A stretch of 64,000 bases of DNA from positions 32,001 to 96,000 of the IMG/VR virus record IMGVR_UViG_3300006880_000001, one strand, 5' to 3'. Below the pieces are notes generated by a model. The model was not told the origin of the DNA. It made no database searches and saw only the letters and a program-made list of their open reading frames with translations. This DNA is from a virus. Shown here in pieces: positions 9,091 through 17,273 of the stretch. Positions within the stretch are counted from its first letter, which is position 1. Each line of letters starts with the position of its first letter. Made by a program: the position numbers and the translations under genes.

Positions 9091-9393
9091 TCAGCGGCGG
9101 CGCCGCCGCCGACGGCCCCGAGCTCCGGTGAGGCCGGGCAGCGTCAGCTGCTCGACGACGCTCGTGGTCGACTTGCCGGCCTTGGCGGCCTTGTAGCCGT
9201 CGCGCTTGCCGCGACTGAACATCGTCTTCACGATGGTGCCGCAGCGGCCGCGGCCGACGACGGTCTTGCCGCCGGCGCGTGGTGCCTTTTTGGTCGGCTG
9301 GGGGCAGCCACCGCCCTTGACGGACCGGTAGCCCTTCTTGATGCGGCCGGTGCGCTTGTTGATGCCGGCACACTTCGCGCGAGCGGTAGCCAT
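9091..9393 (-). CDS. small basic core protein, paralog of 8732-9052
   Basis: CAGINKRTGRIKKG..GGGCP; ends GLTGARGRRRRRRR. Confidence 0.75.
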   Translation of the reverse strand: MATARAKCAGINKRTGRIKKGYRSVKGGGCPQPTKKAPRAGGKTVVGRGRCGTIVKTMFSRGKRDGYKAAKAGKSTTSVVEQLTLPGLTGARGRRRRRRR

Positions 9394-9412
9394 GGAGCAA
9401 AGCGTACTCGAG

Positions 9413-9428
9413 GATCGAAGGTGCGATC
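9413..9428. promoter_or_regulatory. class B palindromic motif GATCG-N6-CGATC
   Basis: GATCGAAGGTGCGATC; on minus strand followed by TACGCT and ATG9393. Confidence 0.8.
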
Positions 9429-9475
9429 AAGGCGAACCTGGCACCGGGCTCGCAGGGCGTGGTACCCTGGTCGAC

Positions 9476-9739
9476 GTGCCTGACGCCAACCACGCCGGGG
9501 ACGCTGAGGCGAGCCAAGTCGACGTGCTCCACCTCGCCATGCGGGGGCTCACCAACGAGATCGGCCAGCTCACGCGACGCATGGAGGCTGTCGAGAGCGG
9601 CCTCGCGCTCGTGGGCGAGCGCCTGACGCGCCTGGAGGTCCTCTCTGACGGCATCCACCGTCTCGCCAACGCGATGCAGGGTCTCACGCTGGAGCTCGAG
9701 CTCGCGCGAGTCCGGGGGGCGAAGGCCGACGGAACCTAG
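9476..9739 (+). CDS. coiled-coil hypothetical protein
   Basis: Heptad Leu pattern; TGGTACCCT 7 nt before GTG. Confidence 0.5.
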   Translation: MPDANHAGDAEASQVDVLHLAMRGLTNEIGQLTRRMEAVESGLALVGERLTRLEVLSDGIHRLANAMQGLTLELELARVRGAKADGT

Positions 9740-10017
9740 CGTCGGCGCCGACGCGGACCGGTCAGATCGAGGAGCTCGCCGCGCTCACCGCGGGTCTTGC
9801 GCACGCCTTGGTGCGGGGCCGTTCGGACGCACTGCGCGACGACCAGCCGACGGAGGTCGTACATCTTCCGCTTGGCCTGCCCTGCGTAGGGCTCGGCATA
9901 GAGGAGCGCGTCGACGGCGCTCTTGCAGTCCCCGAGCTCGAGGTGGTCTCGGATGAGGCGCACCTGCGCGCTGACCTCTCGATCTGCGTTGTGTTGCTGA
10001 CGTCGGCGGGTACTCAT
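9736..10017 (-). CDS. two-Cys helical protein, LxG + poly-Arg
   Basis: MSTRRRQQ...GDCKSA...AQC...LDLTGPRRRRR. Confidence 0.7.
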   Translation of the reverse strand: MSTRRRQQHNADREVSAQVRLIRDHLELGDCKSAVDALLYAEPYAGQAKRKMYDLRRLVVAQCVRTAPHQGVRKTRGERGELLDLTGPRRRRR

Positions 10018-10349
10018 CGACGCCTCCGTGGCCGCGGCCCCTTCAGCTCCAGCTGGCGACCGCGTTCCGCGGTCTCCTCGGCGAGCCGGCTGTAGTCCTT
10101 CGGCGCCGAGCGCGTGCAGCGCGCGAGCATCTGCTCGCGCCATCGGTAGTCGCCTCCGACGTCGCTCACGTCCTGCTTCTTGCGTCGTGCGACGCCGAAG
10201 AGATGCTTCAACTCGGCCAGGCGGAATACGAAACCTTGGCAGTCGTCATTGGCCATCGCGCGCCGGACCTGCGCGTCGACGGCCACGGCCTGCTCGCGAA
10301 GGGATGGACGTTTCCCTCGCGGCCTCATCGGACCCTTTGGCAGCGCCAT
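10014..10349 (-). CDS. two-Cys helical protein, LxG + poly-Arg
   Basis: DDCQG...ARC...LELKGPRPRRRR. Confidence 0.7.
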   Translation of the reverse strand: MALPKGPMRPRGKRPSLREQAVAVDAQVRRAMANDDCQGFVFRLAELKHLFGVARRKKQDVSDVGGDYRWREQMLARCTRSAPKDYSRLAEETAERGRQLELKGPRPRRRR

Positions 10350-10361
10350 GGTTCAGGCTCC

Positions 10362-10652
10362 TTACGAGGGGGGACCCTTCTTGAACTTCGAGGCAGCGCG
10401 GGCGTCCGCGGCCTTGTCGTTGCCGGCGATCGCGGACGCGAACTTGGTGAGGGCTGCGTCGATGACCTTGGGATCGATCTTGCCCTTCGTCAGGTTGGCC
10501 AAGAGGGCCACCGCCGCAGCCTTGACCGCGGTCAGGATCTCGACTGCGCGGTCGTCGATCTGCGTCTTGGTGAGCCCCGCCAGCGACGACAGCAGCGACT
10601 GCAGTCGGTCGTAGTGGTCGAGGAGGTGGCGAAGGTCTTCGAGCTTGCTCAT
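10362..10652 (-). CDS. hypothetical helical protein
   Basis: MSKLEDLRH start overlapping upstream stop. Confidence 0.6.
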   Translation of the reverse strand: MSKLEDLRHLLDHYDRLQSLLSSLAGLTKTQIDDRAVEILTAVKAAAVALLANLTKGKIDPKVIDAALTKFASAIAGNDKAADARAASKFKKGPPS

Positions 10653-10924
10653 CGAGCTCTCCTGCGGCGTGCACCGCGCAGCGGCGTCCCGCATCGGTTG
10701 GAGGTCCACAGCTGCAGCGCCTCTTCGAGGTGCTCCTTGGCCTTCGCGCGGAGGTGTCGGATGGACTTCTGGCTGCCGACGGTCTTGGTTACGAGCTCGC
10801 GCCGTGGGCCCATCCTCATGCCGTGCGAGTAGACCGCCCCTTCGATCGCGTCAGCTCGCTCGAGGAGTCGCTCGGCCGTGGCGCGAAGACGGACGGCTCG
10901 GTGGCAGGGGCTTCGGTGCGACAT
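10649..10924 (-). CDS. two-Cys helical protein, LxG + Arg tail
   Basis: PCHRA...NRC...PLRGARRRRAR. Confidence 0.65.
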   Translation of the reverse strand: MSHRSPCHRAVRLRATAERLLERADAIEGAVYSHGMRMGPRRELVTKTVGSQKSIRHLRAKAKEHLEEALQLWTSNRCGTPLRGARRRRAR

Positions 10925-11297
10925 CAGGGTCCTTTGTGCGGAGCTTGTCGATGGCTCGACGGAAGTTGATGGCGGCCTGGACCGCCGCCCGCACCGATTC
11001 TACCGCGGCGTCGGACTCGGCGTCACGGGCAAGCGAAGCCACCGCCAGGAGACGGTAGGCGGCCGCGAAGGCAGCCAGGACCGGCGCCCGTGCGCCCCGA
11101 TACCGCTCCAGGCCACGAAGCGCATCCGGGTACGACGCCGCCTCGTCGACGATGCGGTCCTGGGTCGTCCGATCCCAGGTGTCGAACCCAGTCGCCGACG
11201 CTTCGAGCACCGCGAAGCTCCGGCGGAGGGCCTTCTGGTGACCACCACACCCCACCGCAAGGGTGAGGACCATGAGAAGGATGCGACGGTAGGTCAT
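10851..11297 (-). CDS. putative lipoprotein
   Basis: MTYRRILLMVLTLAVGC lipobox. Confidence 0.65.
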   Translation of the reverse strand: MTYRRILLMVLTLAVGCGGHQKALRRSFAVLEASATGFDTWDRTTQDRIVDEAASYPDALRGLERYRGARAPVLAAFAAAYRLLAVASLARDAESDAAVESVRAAVQAAINFRRAIDKLRTKDPDVAPKPLPPSRPSSRHGRATPRAS

Positions 11298-11348
11298 CAC
11301 TTTGGGTTGTACCATGGGCGGTCACGGGGGCGTGGTATCGTGTTTGGG

Positions 11349-11750
11349 ATGCATACCCATCTGTCCTCACGACACCGCCGCCCGGTCAAAGGGGAATGCT
11401 ACTGCGACCGCGTCTGGATGGGGATCTTCCCGCCCCCGCCCTGCGATCCGGCGGTCTGCCGGCGGCGCTCCTTCGCCGATCGCTACTTCGACTTCCCCTT
11501 CCCGGAGCGCAGCACCGCACAGCCGCCGCAGCCGCGCGAACCGACGACCGGGAGTCCACCGCCCCACGCGCCGGAGTCGACGACCGTTCCAACGCCGGTG
11601 TACCCGGTCCCGACCCCGCCCGTGATTCCCGAGGTGCAGGGGACGGGGTGGCAGTGTCCGTGCTGCGGCCTCGTCCACGCTCCCTGGGTGAGCTCCTGCG
11701 GCTGCGCAGTCCGGATCATCATCACGCCCACGACCACGACCATCCAGTGA
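11349..11750 (+). CDS. Pro-rich protein with Cys clusters (GWQCPCCG..HAPWV..C)
   Basis: Class A motif at 11321, ATG 11349. Confidence 0.6.
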   Translation: MHTHLSSRHRRPVKGECYCDRVWMGIFPPPPCDPAVCRRRSFADRYFDFPFPERSTAQPPQPREPTTGSPPPHAPESTTVPTPVYPVPTPPVIPEVQGTGWQCPCCGLVHAPWVSSCGCAVRIIITPTTTTIQ

Positions 11751-11900
11751 AGGTCCCAACGCGCGAGGAGATGCTCGCGGCCCAGCTCCCGTTCGAAGTC
11801 GAACGGATCTCAGTGACACCGGAGGGGACCACATCGCCGGTCACCTGGCGGTACCTCAGCGAGGCCGCGATGCACGAGCAGGATGCCGCGGCCCGCGCGG

Positions 11901-12218
11901 CTATCGCAGGCCCTTCAGAAGGTCCGCGACGTTCCCCGGATAGATCTCCTGCAGACGGCGCTCGACCGCGCGGACCAACCCCTCGCGCTCCACGAGGTGG
12001 TCGCGGGCGGCGAGGGTGATGCTGAGGAGACCGACGAGGAGCGCCGACGAGAGGCGATTCACGTCGATCTCCCGGATGGCCGCGTCGAGGTGGGCGAAGT
12101 GCCCGCCATCGAACAGATCGTCGATGGCGTCGTAGAGGACGTCGAGCGCGTCGTCCACCTTGCCCTCCGCGTCGAATGTGTAGACGCGATCGAGCCACAG
12201 GTGACTGTCGGGCAACAT
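11901..12218 (-). CDS. hypothetical protein
   Basis: 105-aa ORF coupled to the holin-like gene. Confidence 0.6.
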   Translation of the reverse strand: MLPDSHLWLDRVYTFDAEGKVDDALDVLYDAIDDLFDGGHFAHLDAAIREIDVNRLSSALLVGLLSITLAARDHLVEREGLVRAVERRLQEIYPGNVADLLKGLR

Positions 12219-12487
12219 CAGTCCTCGGCCGCCTTGGGGGGAAGCTTCGGGATGCGGGTCGATCCTGCCTGGTGGATCTTGGCCGCCTCCTTACCATGGT
12301 CCGCGACGCCTTGACCGACGAGGTAGGCGATGACGAGGGCCACGACCTTCTCGAGCTCGTCCTCGGTAACGGTGACGCTGACCTTGGCGAGCAGCGGTGT
12401 GACCAGAACGAAGAGGACGGTGGCGATCGTGGCCACCGCCTTCTTCGAGCCGGCGATGGCGGAGAGGAAGCGCTGAAGGAGTTCCAT
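12218..12487 (-). CDS. holin-like membrane protein
   Basis: 89 aa, SKK then two hydrophobic helices, IAYLVGQGVAD, charged tail. Confidence 0.65.
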   Translation of the reverse strand: MELLQRFLSAIAGSKKAVATIATVLFVLVTPLLAKVSVTVTEDELEKVVALVIAYLVGQGVADHGKEAAKIHQAGSTRIPKLPPKAAED

Positions 12488-12492
12488 CGGGT

Positions 12493-12508
12493 GATCGTAC
12501 CTTCGATC
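12493..12508. promoter_or_regulatory. class B motif
   Basis: GATCGTACCTTCGATC, 5 nt from ATG12487. Confidence 0.8.
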
Positions 12509-12520
12509 AGCCCTTTTCTG

Positions 12521-13153
12521 TTACTGCTTCGGCAACTCCTCAGTTTTCTTTAGCCTTCTCGCGCGCGCATCCTCCCGTGGCGACCAGCGATAGTGCCCGT
12601 GTGGCTTCGTGACGCCGTAGTCGCTCGCTGGCTTGGTCGTCGGTTGGGTGGTCGGGATCTTCTGCGTGATGTCGTACGAGGGTCCCTCGAAGGCCTCGTC
12701 CTGTTTGTGGGCCATCCAACGGGCGAGGAGCGCGAAGAGCAATACCCCGCCCACCATCGTCCCCACCATGGCGTACGCGGGCAGTCCAGGCTGACGGCCC
12801 CCTTCGAGGGCGCGGGTGACGTACGTACGGACTACCTTCGCGTTCCGGGCCAGGTGCGTGATCCACTGCTGGACGGTCGTCCCCGATGTGGGCCAGGCCA
12901 CCCGGGCGAGCGTGGGGTCGAAGGCCCAGTGGAGCCGCTGCGCGATGAGGGTCAGCACCCACTGTGCCGCCACCGCGGTCTCCTTCGTGATGCGGCCGTC
13001 GACCGGGAGCTCGAGGACCTCCTTGGGCACCTGGGATCCGGCCTGCGCGAACTGGCTTGCGGCGGTCCGCAGGGCTTGCTGGAGCGCGGCGAACTCAGTC
13101 CGGGTGGCCTCGTTGGTCGCCTCGCAGGCGTAGGCGGTACAGGCGGGCGGCAT
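12521..13153 (-). CDS. membrane-anchored virion-type protein
   Basis: TGGTACGAT 7 nt before ATG; VDGRITKET segment; C-terminal TM. Confidence 0.6.
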   Translation of the reverse strand: MPPACTAYACEATNEATRTEFAALQQALRTAASQFAQAGSQVPKEVLELPVDGRITKETAVAAQWVLTLIAQRLHWAFDPTLARVAWPTSGTTVQQWITHLARNAKVVRTYVTRALEGGRQPGLPAYAMVGTMVGGVLLFALLARWMAHKQDEAFEGPSYDITQKIPTTQPTTKPASDYGVTKPHGHYRWSPREDARARRLKKTEELPKQ

Positions 13154-13226
13154 GCGAAGAATCGTACCATGAGCGTCCGCGCATTTCGCTGCGCGTTCGA
13201 TCAGCCGATCTATATTGGGCACCATT

Positions 13227-13697
13227 ATGACCGCCAAGAACTACAACGACCTCTCAACCACGTTCGTCAAGGATGTCACCTCGCGCGCGCAGGCGTTCGT
13301 CGGTTCGATCCTCGACCAGGCGACGGCCGAGGCCAAGGCCGGCATGCAACGGGTCTTCAACGGCGGCGCCCCGACCGCAGCGACACCCCCGACCAACGGC
13401 CACACCAAGAAGAAGCCGACCAACGGCCACGCCAAGAAGGCGAAGCCCAAGGCGAAGGCGAAGGCCAAGGCGACGAAGGCGTCGGGATCGAAGCCGCGGA
13501 AGAAGCCGGTCAAGATCGACCCCGACCAAGTCGTCGAGATCCTCACCCAGGAGGGTCCGCTCGGACGCGGAGAGCTCGCGCGTCGCATCGGCGCCTCGGA
13601 GAGCGCGACCTACAACATGCTGACCACGCTGCTCGCCGAGGGACGCATCAGCAAGTCGGGTGCGCGACGTACCGCGAAGTGGGGCACGGTCAACTGA
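13227..13697 (+). CDS. Lys-rich DNA-binding protein with C-terminal winged HTH
   Basis: KKAKPKAKAK linker; GPLGRGELARRIG.SESATYNML..L.AEGRI. Confidence 0.75.
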   Translation: MTAKNYNDLSTTFVKDVTSRAQAFVGSILDQATAEAKAGMQRVFNGGAPTAATPPTNGHTKKKPTNGHAKKAKPKAKAKAKATKASGSKPRKKPVKIDPDQVVEILTQEGPLGRGELARRIGASESATYNMLTTLLAEGRISKSGARRTAKWGTVN

Positions 13698-13707
13698 AGG
13701 AACGCCC

Positions 13708-14406
13708 ATGAACACGAAAGACATCGACGTCTCAGAATGGGTACACCACGAATTCCGGTCGGCCTTCCTCCTCCCTCAGGACCGCCCAGGCGGATTCGTC
13801 CGTGAGCTCTTCACCTACAGTCGGTCGCAGCCGATTGTCGGTACGACGCGGATGTCGGAGCTGGTCCATACCAACATCCCGCGGTCGGGCGACAGCGGTC
13901 TCCCTCGGGATTGGGGGATGGTCGTCTTGGGGTGGCGCGCGACCACGGACGCTCCGATGGATGAAGCGCTCATGCGCTGGGCGGCCGCGACGGTGGTGCG
14001 CTTCGAGTACAACAGCAGATGGTACGCCGATGCGCCGCTCGCCAATCTCCTCCGCAAACCGCAGCCGCTTCTCGACAGACCTGTGACGATGGAGGACTTC
14101 GCTATGCCGCGTAGGGCGACATCGGACGAATCGAGCGCACCACTCGGCGGCGCGCTCCCCATCTATATGCGCGACAACATCTCGTACAAGGTCGACGTCG
14201 CCGCGCCGCATGCAGAGTCGGACGCCTTCCGTGCACACCTGGCGTGTGAGTGGCCCGGCGGTGTCACGCAGGCCCTGGGCCACCTGCGCGCCCTGCAGAT
14301 GACGAAGGAGACTTCTCCGTTGGTCTCCGCTGCCATCGGCGCCCTGACGAAAGACGTCACGTTCTGGGTGCACTTCAACGGACTGCTCAAGCGCCCGATC
14401 CAGTGA
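13708..14406 (+). CDS. diverged paralog of the major capsid protein
   Basis: Shares RSQPI, TN(I/V)PRxGDSGLP, RFEYN, LPIY(M/L)RDxISYK and GLxxRPI with 29452-30144. Confidence 0.85.
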   Translation: MNTKDIDVSEWVHHEFRSAFLLPQDRPGGFVRELFTYSRSQPIVGTTRMSELVHTNIPRSGDSGLPRDWGMVVLGWRATTDAPMDEALMRWAAATVVRFEYNSRWYADAPLANLLRKPQPLLDRPVTMEDFAMPRRATSDESSAPLGGALPIYMRDNISYKVDVAAPHAESDAFRAHLACEWPGGVTQALGHLRALQMTKETSPLVSAAIGALTKDVTFWVHFNGLLKRPIQ

Positions 14407-14440
14407 AAGCTGTCACCCCGCCGGCGTACCATCCTTCGGA

Positions 14441-14644
14441 ATGGCTCGAACGAGTTTCGCGAAGGAGACCGTCCTCTGCCTCTGGCAGTGGAACCCCCGC
14501 CTTGGGCGCTGGCTGTCGCTCCGGCGGGTGACCGCCTCGACGGCGCAGGAGAAGCTGGCGGCGGCGCGTCGGGCGCGTCCCGAGGGGATCTTCGCCGTCA
14601 GCCTGCGCGCCCCGACCGGGAAGCCTAGCGATACCAGCCCTTGA
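14441..14644 (+). CDS. hypothetical protein
   Basis: Class A motif 14412 and TACCAT before ATG. Confidence 0.55.
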   Translation: MARTSFAKETVLCLWQWNPRLGRWLSLRRVTASTAQEKLAAARRARPEGIFAVSLRAPTGKPSDTSP

Positions 14645-15263
14645 GGCCAGCGGCCTTCTTGCGCTTGCGCTTGGGCAGGAAGACGAGGAGGCCAGCGCCG
14701 AGAACACCCGCGGCGAGGAGGCCGTACACGAGCTTCTTGCGACCCGACGTCGGTCCGATGGCCGAGGTCGCGCTGCCGTCGGGGAGCATGGGTGGGAGCG
14801 GGACCGTCTCCGCCGGACCGGGCGCTGGCGTGTTGGCGGGAACGGCCCGGATGTACGCCCCGACCGCGCGGATGGCGGTCGGCAGCCCCGGCGCGTACCG
14901 CGCGAGGCGATCGTACGCGGCCGCGCTGGACACCGTCGAGGCGAGCTCGGCGAATGGGATGGCGCCGTAGCGCTCCGCCGGGGCGGCGACCGTCGGCGCC
15001 GCGACCAGGATGGCGCCCGCGTGGACGCCGGCCGCGTTGGCGATGGCCTTGAGGGACGTCAGCGTCCTCTCCCCCAAGATCCCATCGACGGGGATGAGCG
15101 CCTTGCCCATCTTCCGCAGGACCCTGTTGATCTCCTCCTGGACTTGTCGGAACAGCGTACTCGTCGTCGGGCTGTCGTAGCCGAAGCAGCCAGCGGCGGC
15201 GCACTTGTACTGGGCCGGAGCGAGACCCAGAACGCCGAGACCCATGGATCCGAGACCTTGCAT
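14625..15263 (-). CDS. membrane-anchored protein with peptidoglycan-binding-like segment
   Basis: MQGLGSMGLGVLG start; VDGILGERT; C-terminal TM + KRKRKK + GLKG. Confidence 0.65.
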   Translation of the reverse strand: MQGLGSMGLGVLGLAPAQYKCAAAGCFGYDSPTTSTLFRQVQEEINRVLRKMGKALIPVDGILGERTLTSLKAIANAAGVHAGAILVAAPTVAAPAERYGAIPFAELASTVSSAAAYDRLARYAPGLPTAIRAVGAYIRAVPANTPAPGPAETVPLPPMLPDGSATSAIGPTSGRKKLVYGLLAAGVLGAGLLVFLPKRKRKKAAGLKGWYR

Positions 15264-15281
15264 GGGGCGATGGTAGCAGAG

Positions 15282-15297
15282 GATCGAAGGTACGATC
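15282..15297. promoter_or_regulatory. class B motif, bidirectional
   Basis: GATCGAAGGTACGATC flanked by TACCAT-ATG (minus) and TAGTCT-ATG (plus). Confidence 0.85.
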
Positions 15298-15315
15298 CAC
15301 GGTAGTCTCGAGGCC

Positions 15316-16149
15316 ATGACCTGCCTGCCGGCGTGGCACCCCAAGCTCCGGGCCGTCCTCGCTCGCGACGTCAAGGTCCCCTCGGGATGTCCGGTAGATG
15401 GCAGCGGCAACATCCCCTGTCGCCCCGACACCCTTCGTGCGAAGGCGGAGGCGCTCCTCGTTGGCCGCGGGCTCTGGCGCGGGGCCCTATCGCTCGACGC
15501 CTACTCGCTCGGTCGCAACATCGCCACCGAGGTTGGCGCCGGCACGACACCCGAGGAGATGGTGGCTCTCGCAGAGGCGTCGGTGAACCAGGCCAAGCGC
15601 CGCGGCAAGAGCGTAAGCGCGCTCATCCTGACCGCGAGCTCGGGGAACGCGGGGTGGTACGGACCGATCCACGGCCCCTCGGGTGTCGGCTCGGCGCCGT
15701 ACGGTCGGTGGACGGCGTCGTCGAAGGATCCGACGCTCGCGACGCTGACCGTCGCCGACTTCGTCCTCCGCGGCGAGTCGGGCAACTTCACCCATGGTGC
15801 TGACGACCAGCTCGGGCTCGAGTACTTCGACGACCCCGTCGGGCTCATGCAGCGCCATGCGACGAACGGCCAATACTGGGTGGGGCCGTTGCCGGGTGTC
15901 GATCCCTGGCGCATCACCCTCTTCCGAACCATGAAGTCGGTGAAGCCGACCAGCCTCGTCGGCGCGCCGCTGCTCGTCCGTGGTGTGGCGTTGGCGCGCG
16001 CCGGACATCAGAAGCCGCCCCCCGTCGACTCTCTACCCGTATGCGCGTCCAGCGGGGGATTCGTCGCAGCCTTGGCGGTCGGCACTGCCATGGTGGGTGG
16101 GGCGCTCTGGTGGCGACGTCGTCACGGCCCCCTCCCCCTCCCACGGTAG
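15316..16149 (+). CDS. putative cell-wall hydrolase (SleB/Hydrolase_2-like) with C-terminal TM
   Basis: LGRNIATEVG...VALAEASVNQ pattern, NFTHGA; TM + WWRRR. Confidence 0.5.
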   Translation: MTCLPAWHPKLRAVLARDVKVPSGCPVDGSGNIPCRPDTLRAKAEALLVGRGLWRGALSLDAYSLGRNIATEVGAGTTPEEMVALAEASVNQAKRRGKSVSALILTASSGNAGWYGPIHGPSGVGSAPYGRWTASSKDPTLATLTVADFVLRGESGNFTHGADDQLGLEYFDDPVGLMQRHATNGQYWVGPLPGVDPWRITLFRTMKSVKPTSLVGAPLLVRGVALARAGHQKPPPVDSLPVCASSGGFVAALAVGTAMVGGALWWRRRHGPLPLPR

Positions 16150-16164
16150 ATCGAACCTTCGATC
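16149..16164. promoter_or_regulatory. class B motif
   Basis: GATCGAACCTTCGATC then TGGTACCGT, ATG16183. Confidence 0.8.
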
Positions 16165-16182
16165 CTGTGGTACCGTGCATGC

Positions 16183-16245
16183 ATGGCGAACAACTGCTGC
16201 ACTCGCCCGATCGTCAAGCCGAAGCGGCCACCGGTCAAGCGCTGA
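16183..16245 (+). CDS. 20-aa basic peptide MANNCCTRPIVKPKRPPVKR
   Basis: ATG at leaderless position of class B promoter. Confidence 0.5.
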   Translation: MANNCCTRPIVKPKRPPVKR

Positions 16246-16273
16246 ACCCGTCCTGTCCCCCTCGGAGGAAGTG

Positions 16274-16606
16274 ATGCCCACCTCGTACGCCAACATCGGC
16301 CGCGGCAACTACCAGGTCCGCCTCCACGGCCGCGCCAAGACCGTCTCGCGCACCCAGCTCGAAGCCATCGACCGCGACATCGATCGCCTGCGCAGCGGCA
16401 AGGGCTGCGTCATCTTCTTCCCCCGCAAGAAGGGTGGGAAGGGCATTCGCGCCGTGCAGCGCTGCGAGGGCAAGAGCACCTTCAAGACGCCGTCCTTCCG
16501 CCAGGCGGCGCGGACCCGCGCGAAGAAGCAGTGCCGGAAGGCGAACCTCTTCACGCGCTGCAAGACGGGGCGGGTCATCGGCCGGAAGAAGAGCAAGAAG
16601 CGCTGA
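16274..16606 (+). CDS. basic Cys-containing core protein
   Basis: GGAGG RBS; MPTSYANIG...RKKSKKR. Confidence 0.7.
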   Translation: MPTSYANIGRGNYQVRLHGRAKTVSRTQLEAIDRDIDRLRSGKGCVIFFPRKKGGKGIRAVQRCEGKSTFKTPSFRQAARTRAKKQCRKANLFTRCKTGRVIGRKKSKKR

Positions 16607-16609
16607 GCG

Positions 16610-16966
16610 ATGGAACCGCCCCAGGCACAGTCCCTCTTCGAGACCGCGCTCTCCTGGGGAGGCCTGGGGGTCCTGACGTTCGCGCTCGGCTTCATCTCCT
16701 GGATCCTCTTCAAGCGGCTGTCGAAGAACGAGGAGCGTCAGGAAGAGCGCCACGAGAAGCTCGTCGCCGGCATGCAGGCGTCCCTGGACAAGGCACGTGA
16801 GGAGGCGGTCGCGAGTGAGGAGAGGCATCGGCAGGAGATCCAGGCCATGGCCAACCGGCAGATCACCATGTCGGAGTCGTACGCCCGCGAGTACCACAAG
16901 CTCGCCGAGAAGGCGACCGAGGTCCTCGGCGCGCTGTCGCGCAGGATCAACAGCCGGGGGCGCTGA
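16610..16966 (+). CDS. N-terminal TM + coiled-coil protein
   Basis: WGGLGVLTFALGFISWILF then heptads. Confidence 0.7.
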   Translation: MEPPQAQSLFETALSWGGLGVLTFALGFISWILFKRLSKNEERQEERHEKLVAGMQASLDKAREEAVASEERHRQEIQAMANRQITMSESYAREYHKLAEKATEVLGALSRRINSRGR

Positions 16967-16967
16967 C

Positions 16968-17273
16968 GTGCCGCTGCCGGAAGGACATCGTCGGATCATG
17001 GCACTGGTCAACGCCTCCATCCCCTCTGGCCGAGCGCCCGAGCTCCCGCTCGATCCGGACATGGAGGCTGCGCTCGAGGCGTCCGACCGCGAGCGCGCGG
17101 CCATCTACGCCTCGATGGACGACCTCTCCGACAAGTTCGAGCAGCTCGCCGACGACATCGACAGCGGTCCACAGAACGATGCCATCCCCGTCGAGATCTC
17201 GGAGGACGAGGACAGCCTCGCCGTCCATGTCGACGCCGCCCTCGACAGCACGCCGGTCCCGCGCCGGCGCTAG
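16968..17273 (+). CDS. acidic hypothetical protein
   Basis: GTG just after upstream stop; D/E-rich. Confidence 0.55.
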   Translation: MPLPEGHRRIMALVNASIPSGRAPELPLDPDMEAALEASDRERAAIYASMDDLSDKFEQLADDIDSGPQNDAIPVEISEDEDSLAVHVDAALDSTPVPRRR

